A DNA stretch of 63,420 nt, counting the filler, from Lenisia limosa (Eukaryota; Protista; Breviatea): assembly GCA_001655205.1 (NCBI GenBank). It is 7 parts of 7 records of this genome, joined end to end, with 100 filler letters (N's around TTAATTAATTAA, not from the genome) between each part and the next. Parts side by side here need not be neighbours in the genome. Positions count along the whole stretch, not along the records: positions 1 to 18,116 come from LPNZ01008344.1; positions 18,217 to 33,421 come from LPNZ01006661.1; 5 more parts are not named here. One strand, given 5' to 3'. Positions 11,050-23,030 of this stretch are shown here, piece after piece. Positions within the stretch are counted from its first letter, which is position 1. Each line of letters opens with the position of its first letter. Position numbers and translations under genes: made by a program. The notes under the pieces were generated by a model. That model was not told where the DNA came from and ran no database searches. It saw only the letters and a list, made by a program, of their open reading frames with translations.

Positions 11050-12010
11050 ACGACCTCTACTACGAGCAGTTAGAGGAGAAATTTTATCAACAATCACAGC
11101 AGCAGTACCTCTTCCTCTACTTCTGCCCCACGACCGCGAGTTCTTCCAATAGCAACATCGTTCACAATAACACCAGCACGTTTACCTTCCTCAATTCCAA
11201 CAGCATCATTCAGCCGCTTTTTCTTCATTCTGCCTTCTTTAGCTTGATCAGCCTCTTCTTGAATCCGTTTCTTCACAATTTCTCTGAATGCTTCCTCCTC
11301 TGTTACCAGAGCCAACAGTGGGATATTTTGAGTACAGCATGGAATTATTAGCCCAAGGAAGTTCACCTGCTTCAGCACAAACATGATGTCTTTCAAGTAA
11401 CTCTTTGGTCTTCAAATCAGCCATATCCTTGAGTTATCCATATCACCATGTTTTGATTGCTCCAAAAACTTTTGTATCAACACGTCACAATATAAAGAGT
11501 AACCATATTGGTATCAGTATCTTACGATCAGTTTTACATTCTCAAAAGATTTTGTAAAACTTTTCTTTAAGATCACCAAGGCGAAACACTTCGATATTAG
11601 TATCATCTGAGGCATCGTTGAAGGTTTCATCAGCATTGATGAAGAGCATTGCATTAAGTGTATTCTTAAGAGAAACCTCAAATACAGTTGCAAAATATTG
11701 CTGTATTTTAACAGACAGCTCCTCACTAATATATGATGATACAAGATAGCGTGATTTCTACAAAAATTATAATACAAAGCCTACTCCAAATATATATTCC
11801 AATCTTTGTGCCTTTCCATGAAGCCTTTAACCCAACAGTCTGGAAAATATTGGAACATGCTTTTTCAGGGAAAAGAGTCTTGTATCTAATTTCACCCCAG
11901 AGAAACTAAATTTATTGAATGCAAAGCTTTTCAATAATGTCAGATTTAGTGACAGCAACATCATTATAAGTAGCATGTAGAAGACCAGCCAGTAGAGTAA
12001 GCTCAGCTCT
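11050..12010 (-). mobile_element. pogo/Fot1-like (Tc1/mariner superfamily) transposase remnant
   Basis: LLAGLLHATYNDVAVTKSDIIEKL...CWVKGFMERHK (CENP-B-type HTH, ~11805-11990); LFINADETF (first catalytic Asp, 11623-11637); charged C-terminus LVTEEEAFREIVKKRIQEEADQAKEGRMKKKR. Most of the DDE domain is missing. No TIRs found. Confidence 0.65.
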
Positions 12011-13450
12011 AAGCCCCACGGAGCCTTACAAGCCCCATAGAGTGCCATAGAGCCCCTTCCAAGCTCCACTTGTGTTCTTTGTGCCATAGAATAGAATAGA
12101 ACCTTCCTAGATCTATTTAAACTATAAAAAAATTCCTTTCTAACTAAGGCAAAAAAAAAACGCTATGCGTTTGCATTTGCCACTCGCTGCGGCATGGTAT
12201 TTAACGAAACCAATTCACCAATTCTTACCTGTTCTCACCGCCTTTTTTACTGTGTTTGCTTTGAAGAAGTTTATTGTAGTAGAATAGCGGGAGGGGCTAG
12301 AAAAAAGAGGAGAAAACAGGAACTTCACAGGGCACAACGGAGCCCCAACACTCACTTCTCTCAGCGGTGCTGGACCACAACCAGAAGATGGGAAAGGTGG
12401 GCCTGATGTAGTGCACTTTAGTATCTTCTCGTTCCTCTGAAAGTCCGTCAAAAACTGTCAGACTACCTTCGTCATATCGTCTTCTGCCCATTGCCTAGAA
12501 GATCTTCAACATGCAGGTCTGTTTGGATCGTTGTTCTTTTGATATCAACATTTAATGTTGTCTTCCATCTTGTACTGACTTTCTTAGCTGCGCTTTTGGA
12601 GAAGGACTGTGTTTTCCCTTGGTGAAGATTGTACCACTGTCAACGTCCACGTTCTTAACGAGATACATTCCTTCGCCAATCAGGATTCACCTTGCACTTG
12701 TGTCGACTTCGTTCAGCATGCTATGTGCCGTGTGTAATGGCTATGAAGACACGTGTGTGCGGTACTGCGGCTGCCGTTGTGAGAGCTCGTGAGAGGGATT
12801 ACATTTGTTGCTTTACGTTTGTTGCTTCAAATTGATTTTTGTTTATTACACCTCGCTGTGATTCTCTCATTCCCTAGTTAGTCAGAAAGAGGCTGAGAAG
12901 GAGGTCATCAAATGGTATGTGCTGCCAACGACTGTGCGAGGCTCTCTCTCTTCCATCTCCAACACCATCAAGAGACCCCGTACTGCCAAGGCTAGCAAGT
13001 ATCTTTTCAACTCTTTAAAATTCCATCCGAATTTGGCAGTAACACTTCAGGGCTGATCGCCGCAAGAAGGGACGTCAGGACCTTGTTGCTCTCGGTCAAG
13101 CAGTTCAGCTGAATGCCAAGGAGACTGCTCCTCCCCTACATACCCTGTCCCTCTTCCACCTTTGCTCAGTGAAGGAGTATGCTTCCCTTCGCGAGATTTT
13201 GCATGCCAACTACTAGGAGGACCCCAATATTGTCTTCGATATTGCCAAGCTAACCTGGTGATGCCTGAAAGTTGTTATCATCATCGATATATTAATTAAT
13301 ATTAATTGCCCGGGGCTCTAATTTTTACCCATAATTCCAATGTAGAGACAGGGCTGTTTATACGAGACAAAAATTATCTCGAGTCCCACCTTTAACGCAA
13401 AATCGAAAAAAGTACTGCAACAACTTACAATTGTTTTTTAAAACACAAAC

Positions 13451-13591
13451 CTTATCTTGAACATTTATGTTTCCACCATGATTTGAAAGGAAGAGTATTA
13501 AAGGACTATGTCCATGAAGAGCTGCCACATGTATTGGTGAGAGCCCATTTCCGTCCAGTACAGAGGGATCTGCACCGGATGCCATTAGCAT
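13451..13591 (-). CDS. Ankyrin-repeat exon (AKR1/ZDHHC17-like ANK segment)
   Basis: ttttag|MLMASGADPSVLDGNGLSPIHVAALHGHSPLILFLSNHGGNINVQDK|gtttgt, 141 nt, phase 0 at both ends. A weaker upstream exon ends at 13817. Confidence 0.8.
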
Positions 13592-14365
13592 CTAAAAAAA
13601 ATGGTTAAAACAAACTTCAAATATGATGATTAAAATATCACAAAAAAACGAAGAAAAATCTGTTTTCAACACAAAATACGTTTTCAAAATGGTTATGTAA
13701 CAGTATTATATGGTAATGCCCTTCTTGGACAAATATATTTGCTTTTGACCTCAAAAACTGAAAAAGCCAGATCCATTACTTCTTTGCTATAAAATTGACC
13801 CAGTCTGACGACTAACTCTGCAATCCCTCTTGTCGCACTCCAGCGCAGTCGGGGCAAGCAAAGTCATATGTCCTCAGACTTAAACCCGTCTTATGCTACC
13901 GTTCCACGAAGGACCAGTGCAAAAAAAGAAACCCCCCACCAAATTAGGACCTGATAAACATTACGGGAAGAGGAAAGAACAGCCAATACTACCGAAGAAG
14001 AGAAGTTCATCAGTACATTGGAAACATCTTGTGCTTGGTTTTGCACATATAACTGGGAGACAGCAAGCCTCATGTTTGCAACACCAATCCAAGATTGCTT
14101 ACATGGATACCGAGGAGTTGTATTTACAAAGCTAAAGAGGTGAGGTAAACGAGTAGAAAATGAACACAAACAGAGGCTGATTAGTACATAGTCTGTTGAT
14201 AAATAGGCTCAATCTCACCCAATTCCTTTTGTCATCAGAACTTACTGGGTCGTCAACACTTCCAAAAATTTACTTGAGAAGAAAATCTATTTGTCAGCAG
14301 GACAAAAAACTTGGAGAAAGGAATTTTTATCCAATGTTACATATTAATATTGTATTACAATGAAG

Positions 14366-14928
14366 TTTGTATTTTTCTTCTTGTTATTGCACACAAACAT
14401 TCTAACTTGCTTCTGTGAGACTGTGGTAAGGTTACACGTAATTGAGTGTGGTAAGATCTCTCTAGATCCGAACCAAAGCCCCCATAGAGCCCTAGTATGT
14501 ATTAATACATAGGTGGCACAAAGGGGTTCGCGGAGGGAGGGGTGCCGACAATGGGCTTAGAGGTTTTCTGTAAAAATAGGTTCTCACTTAAATACAAGTG
14601 AACTGAACTTGACCATTTCATGCATAACCATTGGATATGATTGTTCTTGTTTGTGGGTGTCATTTTCTCCCCCATTAGTACGTAATAAGGAGGAATTGAG
14701 ACATTGACACCCGAGGTTGTTTAATATTTGTTGTTCCATATCTCGAATAAAAACGATGTTAACCACACTTTCGCAGCTAAATCGAGTTGTATTCTTCTTG
14801 TTATTGCACACCAATATTCTAACTTCCTTCTATGTGATACTGTGGTAAGGTGACACGTAATTGAGTGTGAAGAGGAGAGCTATGCTAGCTTTTCTAGTCA
14901 GATCTTCTGAGATCCGGACCAAAGACCC
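14366..14928 (-). repeat. 3' terminal split direct repeats (B1-A2-B2) of YR retrotransposon copy B
   Basis: Read on the minus strand after the YR: B1 (14928-14785), A2 (14784-14570, homologous to 8368-8647), a ~90-bp spacer, then B2 (14480-14366, a direct repeat of B1 sharing ttcttcttgttattgcacac...ctgtggtaaggt.acacgtaattgagtgtg...agatccg.accaaag). Confidence 0.8.
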
Positions 14929-15215
14929 AAAATAACCCAAATTAATTACGTTCCACAATATCTTTTACCTCCTCCCATCCCACACCTCCCAAGCCACCCA
15001 ACCTCTTGACCTCCGCACTTTTAGTGTTCTCAAGACCATCCTCCACTCCACCCTCCGTACCAACCTCATCAAGAAGGCCCCTACTGACGTCTCCAACGCC
15101 GCTCACAACCGCTGCGTCGCCATTGCCGCATGCCTCGAGGCCTTCCATACCGCCAAATCTCCCCAGAAGATCAAAAGTGCTTTCGCTGCTGGGGGTCTTG
15201 TTGTCAAACACCTCA

Positions 15216-16260
15216 TTAGTGTATGTACTTCTTGGCTTGTCGGAGAGAGCCCCATCCACCGTCCCGCATAACCGCTTCAGGCGATCTCTTCTTTTTGTTG
15301 TGAAGGGCAGTAGCAAGAGTGTGACGGAGAGGATGGTGAACGAAGGACGGTAGTACGAGTGTGATGGAGAGTGGATGGTGAACTTTCCAGCAGCCTTGCC
15401 ATTCATTCCTGACTCCTTCAGTTGTCCTGACTATTGTTTCAGTGTCAGGCCAGCAGAAGACAGCTCGGTGGGTATTGGCTGGGTTAGCGGCGGACTGGGC
15501 TTAGAGCGCTCGGAGAGCACGGACGGGATCATGGTCAAGGAGGTGAGAGGATTCGTAGGTAAAGGTGACGGGGGAGTGAGGGGAATTCTTGGTAAATTTC
15601 AATGTCAGCTCATCGTCGGCGGACTGGGCTTGGAGAGGACTCGTAGGTAAAGGTGACAAGGGAGGGAGGGTTATTCTTTGTGAATTTGACTGTCGTGCTG
15701 GCCTCATCGTCATCAAACTGGATGTTGTTGATGGTGGGACCTTGGTGGTTGGGGGGAGGAATCGCCATGCGTCAGATTCCGAAGTAACTTGCGAGGTAAA
15801 TGGCTCGTATGAGAATATTCTTCTTCTTCTTGGGGCCAGTCGGGGGGCGGGTGCGTACGAACTTGTGAAACTACGGGGGACGACATATCGGGGGCTTGTT
15901 TTAATGGCTTGGTCTTGTTAGCCTTGTTGATGTTCAGGAAAATCTGGATAACTAGTAAGGTATGGACTAGTAATCACTACCTTTGGGCTGCATAACGCCC
16001 TTTGATGGGGTGGGGCTGCCCATTTATGACTGCGTAATGGGCGAGAGCGGAAACATAGCCTGAGCAGGTCTGTCTCCCCTTCATGCGTGGGGAGATGTAA
16101 GCCAAATATAACAACCTAAAAGTTATAATGCTACTCTAACAATAATAAACTAACGTTCTCTTCTGTAATGGGAAGTGGTTCCATTTTCACTTCCTCGCAG
16201 CAGTCCAAGTACGACTTGATGCCGAACTTATACATACGTTTTCACCCAGGTTTTTGCTTA
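15216..16260 (-). pseudogene. Tyrosine recombinase of the YR retrotransposon, copy B, with the same two predicted introns
   Basis: EPLPITEEN|..YLAYISPRMKGRQTCSGYVSALAHYAVING...ILIRAIYLASYFGI*RM...GGWGSLRQAKKYIH** (Tyr 15225-15227). Introns at 16154-16116 and 15980-15944. Frameshifted, with internal tandem duplications. Confidence 0.9.
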
Positions 16261-18116
16261 CAGTCTAAACATAAGAAGAGCAGAACATAACGTTGGAGAG
16301 AAGTTAAGCAAGGATTTGATTTGAGGAAACAAATGCAGAGATTTGCCTTAAAATAGGATGAATCTGTTTTTAAAGCTTACGATGGTGACGCACGCAGCAA
16401 GACTTGCAAGCGTTGCAGTTCTTGGCATTGCACGAAAGGAAGGCTTCAGTGGTGTTGTTAGAGGACCAACACGGGTCTGAAGGGTGTTGACATGCCCATT
16501 CTTAGGATGCTTGGCCTTCTTGAGCTTCTTGAGAAGAACAAGTAGAGCAGTCCCGCGAACAATTCCGGCCAAGAATTGCGTCAGTTTTGGCAAATTTCTT
16601 AAGCTGTGGCATGTTTAACTCTTGATTCTTTACTGATGAGCATAAAAGTCAAAAAAATCAAAACTTCACTAAAATACAATATTAACATGGGGTAACATTG
16701 CTCAAAAATTCCATACTCCGAGGTTTTTGTCCAATAACCACCAAGACAGTCTTCAATTGTTCGAAATAGTATATGTTTAAAATAAAAAAGATGAATAACG
16801 AGAAACTTTTGTTGAAACAGTTTATTTTAAAAGGGTTTCCTTGACTTGCAATGATAACCTGAACGACCATTAAGATGGCTCAGTCCTTTTTTGATTTTGG
16901 AAAAAATAATTAAAGTGTGGTAAGTAATTAAAATGAGCTTTCTGGCGCAGGGCAGTTTTTCGTATAAAACAGCCCTGACATGGAAATTCTAAAAATGGGT
17001 GGGGAATGTGTTTAACCAAGGCTATCTGAGGCTTATACAACAATATTTCGACGATGAGTAGGTGTTGGTTTTGCGTACTTGGGTGCAAAAGTGTGGTTCA
17101 CATCGCTTTTATTCGTAATGGAAGGAATGATCGTCAAATTGGAAATATGCTACATTAGTAATTGCTTTGATTTGTGAAAAGATGCAAGAACGTGTTTGCC
17201 TTCTCAAACTAGATTTTGAACAATTGTTGCTTGATTTTGGTGAATTTTGAAGAAAAAATTTAAATAATATGTAGGTGGTACAGATTTTCATACCCCTAAT
17301 CACCTAATCATGCAACAGTAAACTCTTAGCCTATTTTGGGGATATTTGCAAACAAACTGAAGGGGGGTTAACAAGGAATCCTTGTGTCCAAAAACGAAAG
17401 AAAAGCCCTATTGGTTTTCACAATATTTTTTATATTAAATAATATGGTGGGTTAGAATTCCGATACAAGAATCTGCGACGGGAGGAGGAGTAAAACGAAG
17501 AAAAAAAAAGAATAGTGGCNNNNNNNNNNNNNNNNNNNNNNNNNNNNNNNNNNNNNNNNNNNNNNNNNNNNNNNNNNNNNNNNNNNNNNNNNNNNNNNNN
17601 NNNNNNNNNNNNNNNNNNNNNNNNNNNNNNNNNNNNNNNNNNNNNNNNNNNNNNNNNNNNNNNNNNNNNNNNNNNNNNNNNNNNNNNNNNNNNNNNNNNN
17701 NNNNNNNNNNNNNNNNNNNNNNNNNNNNNNNNNATCTACAAAAATTAGGCATGGTAATAAGTATGGGAGGGGCGGCCGGGGATGAAATATGGGAGTTAAT
17801 AAGGAGAGACAACAGTTAATGTATCACTTGTTGAAATTAAGGTGGTTCTGTAGTTGTTTGAATTGGCAAATTATTTGAAGCCATGTGTGCAGTTTTGAAA
17901 AACATTTCGGAATTAGGGTCGTCAAAAACTTCAAAAAGGTTTCTGCACAGTTCCTTCCTCATATGAATCAAACAAAGAGGATATTATCACATCTTGGATT
18001 TAGCAAGATCAAAAACTAATTTGACTCTATCAAGGCTCATTTCCTTGTAAAACATCTTATTTATTGTTGGTGCCAATTGAAGAATATTGAAACCCCTCCT
18101 CCCCCTGACCCCTTAC

Positions 18117-18216
18117 NNNNNNNNNNNNNNNNNNNNNNNNNNNNNNNNNNNNNNNNNNNNTTAATTAATTAANNNNNNNNNNNNNNNNNNNNNNNNNNNN
18201 NNNNNNNNNNNNNNNN
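18117..18216. other. Artificial contig-joining spacer (44 N + TTAATTAATTAA + 44 N)
   Basis: The identical 12-mer, with stop codons in all six frames, lies at 18161, 33466, 36092, 39981, 46111 and 48617, each embedded in N runs. Confidence 0.95.
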
Positions 18217-19417
18217 AACCATTAACTGCCTCCCTCCCCAGACACTATTGCCGAACAACGGACATCTGTTCTGGAGTCCCTCATCTCAGTCGACCGTGAA
18301 CTGCTTGCTGAAGTTATCCAAGGGAATGAGCTCAAGTGGGGGGAGCGGGGGGAGTCTTTTTTTTTCTTCATTTTGCTCTTAAATTCTTTATTGTATCTTT
18401 CTTCATTCTCTCCGTGTTCTTTTTGCTTTTATCATTTTTTTATCAGTGTTGATTTTCCCTTTTTTCTCANNNNNNNNNNNNNNNNNNNNNNNNNNNNNNN
18501 NNNNNNNNNNNNNNNNNNNNNNNNNNNNNNNNNNNNNNNNNNNNNNNNNNNNNNNNNNNNNNNNNNNNNNNNNNNNNNNNNNNNNNNNNNNNNNNNNNNN
18601 NNNNNNNNNNNNNNNNNNNNNNNNNNNNNNNNNNNNNNNNNNNNNNNNNNNNNNNNNNNNNNNNNNNNNNTCTCCTTCAAATGAAGAAAAAGACCCAAGA
18701 AGAGATTGGATTATCCGTTTCAGTCAGGAGCGAAACCTCATTTTGTCCAATGCTCTGGCTATTCAAGTTTGAGGATTTCGATTTGCTCATCAATCAGCGA
18801 AATATGTCGATATTACTTTTTTTAGACTGTAAGACATATTCAGTCTCTTGTCTATAAGGACTCTGTGCCTCTTATGATAATATTTTGACAATATTTGAAA
18901 ATGTTTACGCGATTTAAATGTCAAAACTCCACAAATGATATCCTAGTTACTCAATCTGCTTTAAAAATTACCCTCATTATTTGTGATTATAAAAATTGGA
19001 TATCGTTTGTTTTATCTCGAGTTTCACAAATTATCATACTTAGAGCTTCACTTCGGTTCGCAACATTCCGATATATATTGAGATTTTAATTATCAAGAAA
19101 TTAACCGACGTGAAGCTCTAATCATTCTAAAAGAGATAATACCACCATTGATCTTACTCCCAAAAAGGAGGCCTACGAGGCGGGAACGTCCCTCGACATA
19201 CTGAGGTGGAAGAAGAGGGGAAGTATGAACGGATTGACAAGGCTCTTTCCAATTCCAACTTCTACCAAGGTAATAGGAGGATAGCCGCCCAAATCGTTGT
19301 TTATCCATGACACTCAAATTTTACACCTTCCATATTTCTAAAAAAAAACTTCAGAAATTTTGGTGTATTGTTTAATGTACCAATACTGAAGGTAGCATCA
19401 CCTTACCATAAAACCTA

Positions 19418-19565
19418 CATCACCATCACCATCATCATCATCATTATTATGATTATCATCACCATCGTCAGCATCTTATCAGCATCACCACCATCGTCAT
19501 CACTATTGTCACCATCTTATATCACCACCATCATCATTAATTCAAGTATCTCCATCATCATGACG
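19418..19565. repeat. (CAT/ATC)n-like low-complexity tract
   Basis: catcaccatcaccatcatcatcatcattattatgattatcatc... Confidence 0.85.
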
Positions 19566-19659
19566 ACCTACGAGCGCACTCCCCCACTATAACTATCGTT
19601 ACTCACATTAATCCTCCATTACCCATCAGGAAGGGACAATGTTCCAAAATAACCTGGGC

Positions 19660-20170
19660 TGGGAAGTCGATACTGAGAAGCAAGTGTGTACCTTGGACTT
19701 TAGCCAAGTCGGCCAATTGACCTGTTGTGTCCCTCAAATGATCAGGTCCTTGTATGTGGATTATGCTAGGCTTGTGAAATCATGTCATGCTATCTGAACA
19801 ATAAGGATTAGTAAGATGGATGGTGGTGAGATATTTTGTACGTGGTTCTGATAGGTAATGAGGGAGAATACTCAAGAACTGTTATCTGATTGCTTTATTA
19901 CCCCTCTCCCATTTCCACACTGCATCCCTTCTTTGTACATTTTTTTGCAAAGAATTCTCTCTTTTGACACAAGGATCATAGAGATATGGCGGTTGAATTG
20001 TACACAAGTTCAGTCATCATCCCCCATTCTCCACTATTTACCACTCCTCATTTTGGTGATTGATTCTCTTGTATTGCTATCCATAATTTTATCTCCATTT
20101 TCAACAATAACTATAGCTATATATCATCTCTAGTTGTTCCCATTCTCTTCTATTGCTCTCCCTCACTATC
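19660..20170 (-). mobile_element. Second, highly decayed LINE RT fragment
   Basis: RESITKMRSGK*...GDDD (pre-RT KSPG.DG-like) and GPDHLRDTTGQLADLAKVQGTHLLLSIDF (LL.IDF.KAFD-like), in the right order; many stops. Confidence 0.5.
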
Positions 20171-21499
20171 CTTCATCCTGGTATTTATTTTCTATTGTCC
20201 CTAATCGTTGCTTTCATCCCTAATTTTCTACTAATTTTCTACTGTTGCTCTTCCTTCTTATCCCTAATCCTAGCATTGCATCCCTCCTCCACGCCAACGG
20301 ACAACAACTTCTCTTTCGCCCCTATCCCCGGGAATACTCGCTCGATTCTGATCCGACCACCCCCCTCGAGCCCGTTAACTGGGAACTGGTGGGGGGGGGG
20401 GGGCATTGNNNNNNNNNNNNNNNNNNNNNNNNNNNNNNNNNNNNNNNNNNNNNNNNNNNNNNNNNNNNNNNNNNNNNNNNNNNNNNNNNNNNNNNNNNNN
20501 NNNACTTTGGTATGAAAAAAAACCGGTACAATATCGGTAGTTTTCGAGGATTTATCGAGAAATTCTGTCTTTTTTTTTAACCGAAATGAATCATTAGTTG
20601 GCAAGCGACATGATGTGGATGGTTTCGGCCAGATACTATATGTTATTTTCCATTTCTACATACATGTATATTCCTCGAAAATTATCGATATTATACCGGT
20701 TTTTTTCGGATCGAAGTGAAGCCCTAAGCATTTGTGATATCTGTGACATGCAATGACTATTTCCGCAGGACCTGGCCTCGCCAAAAGTAGATATTGAACG
20801 AAAGAAGGAGCAGACTCCAGAGGAGCGGGAGATAGATGCTCAGCATGTGGGGGGGGGGGNNNNNNNNNNNNNNNNNNNNNNNNNNNNNNNNNNNNNNNNN
20901 NNNNNNNNNNNNNNNNNNNNNNNNNNNNNNNNAAAATATTACTACATTTGCCACCAAAGGATGTTCCCACCCTAAACAGCTATTATTTTACCCCTTACTC
21001 CGAATTTTACAACCCTCTTCCTTCCACATTACTCAAACTAATTGACCACCTTGATCACATAACTACAGCTAATCTCAGCCACCCCCTCAACTAGCCAAAC
21101 ACATCTAATGTTTGTATTTTATTTTGTATATCAAAGAGTCTATGTGTTCTATTTATTTCCCTCAACCACACGCTGTAGAGTCAAAAGCCTTCCCTTTCTT
21201 CTTTTCTAGTATACATAACCCCTTTTTCCAAATGCATAAAAAATGAAGAAAAAATCACGGCAAACATTTTCAATGATGTTTATCCATGAAAAAAGAGATC
21301 CGGGCAATAATATTAATGTTAACAAAAATGATTTTTGTTCATCGAAAACATTAATGTTATTAATATGCTCACGGTCCTAAATGGTGTCATTAATTCCGAA
21401 ATGGTGTCATTAATTCGGAAAAGGTGTTGTGAACCCAAAAAACAAACATTTTTCCCTTATAAAACTTATCAAATACCAATTGCATCAAAACAAAAACAA

Positions 21500-23030
21500 A
21501 CCAATACCAGCAGCCATCATTGGAATGCAAACTAAATTGCTCAATAGTTATCATCAAACTGGAATCCAATCGGCTATCCAAACATACAATCAGGCTTTCT
21601 TTTCTTTTTTGCTGGCTTCTTGGCCTCACGATCAGCTGGTCGCTTGGCTTGACGCTTGGCTTTATCCTGCTCTTGGTGAGTGCCTTCACACCGCCCTTTT
21701 TGACGGCTGTCAAGTGGTTGATGATGGCGCCATTTGATGTGTCAAGAGCAGTTACGCGTATAGGTGTGACTTTGACCTCGATCTCCTTGCAAATGTCCTA
21801 GAGCAGTTATATAGGGAGGGCACTAAAATGCAATATCTTTTGAAAGAGCTGCAAAAAAATGCCAAATAAAGCATACAACTATGCCCCTGACAAACCTCTC
21901 CATGTTTAAGAATAGCAATCTTCTTGCCAGCCGGAATGTGAACTACTGATAACGGTCTTGAAACTCGCTTCACGATAGCACCTTGCTGTACTGCAGACTG
22001 CACGGCGTTAACAATGGTGTTGGACTGAGAGTTTATGTTCTCTTCAGAAGCAACAGCAGCATGGCTTAGCTCCTGTACACGGGTTATCACAGCTGGAAAC
22101 TTCATGGAGGTTGCAGCAAGCATTGCAGTGGCTCCTTTTAAAAAGGCCGCATTATCGGAACCTTCTGTTACAAGGTTGGAGGCCTGTTCAGATAAAACCT
22201 GCTCAAATACAAGCGTTCCTTCGGGCTTGGTAGTATTGATGTCAGTCAAAGCAGTTGCCCTCTCCAGGATTGTGGGTTTACACGACACTTTGATAAGAGC
22301 GGTGATTTGAGTGTAGAGGTTTGGTGCATGGACAGGGGCATGGGTGTTAGTGAAGGTAAATAGTTTCTTGAGGTATTGTTGAGTGGTGACGAAGGTCGAA
22401 ATATAGAGCCTTTCACGTACAAACTGGCTGGAATCTGCATTGGATTATACCCAGTGAGCTCATAGCCGCAAGACTTTTGGGATGCTCTGATGACTGCAGT
22501 ACTTGGAGAAGCCATTGCTTCGGCAATAATACCAAAGACCTCTTCCTCCTTCATAGCTCTGAAAAATTACCCTCGGTATCAAATCATGATGAGTAGAATT
22601 ATATCAAGCCATCTTATGATAGCATGGAAATGAGGCCATAATAATCAGAAAATCACTCATAGTGCGTACATACCTTCTAGCAAAGGCCTCTTTCCACTCA
22701 GCAATTAAGGAATAGACGCGGTGGTTTACTTTTGCATGATTATGCGAATCTGCAACCTACTTCAAAAAATAATTATCGCGAAAGGAAAATATCAAATATT
22801 GAACAAAAGTAGATTATACCTGGAGGAAGTGGCTGGTGAATGCAGGCTCGATGATAAGAATGACACCATACAGCAAGAAGATAGACGCGCAAACCTTAAT
22901 GATTATTACAGAGTCTCGTCAATGTCATCAGCATCATCAAGGGACATTAGCTCATTCAGGAACTCCGTGTTAGCAGGAAGATCACTTTCCATTACTGCGT
23001 GACAGGTTGAAACCATCTGCTTGTGGTATG
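21500..23030 (-). CDS. Hypothetical multi-exon protein with a Lys-rich C-terminus
   Basis: Long open segments (QFVRERLYISTF...ERATALTD...PAGKKIAILKHGEVC; DICKEIEVKVTP...KKGGVKALTKSRIKP) linked by GT-AG introns. No family recognised. Confidence 0.45.

Noticed and set aside
12300-13260. Decayed ORF-like segments on both strands
   Set aside because: Multiple stops and no family motif; cannot be assigned.
19150-19270. LINE endonuclease fragment (YERIDKALSNSNF)
   Set aside because: It is a single short motif on the opposite strand to the nearby RT fragment; insufficient support.
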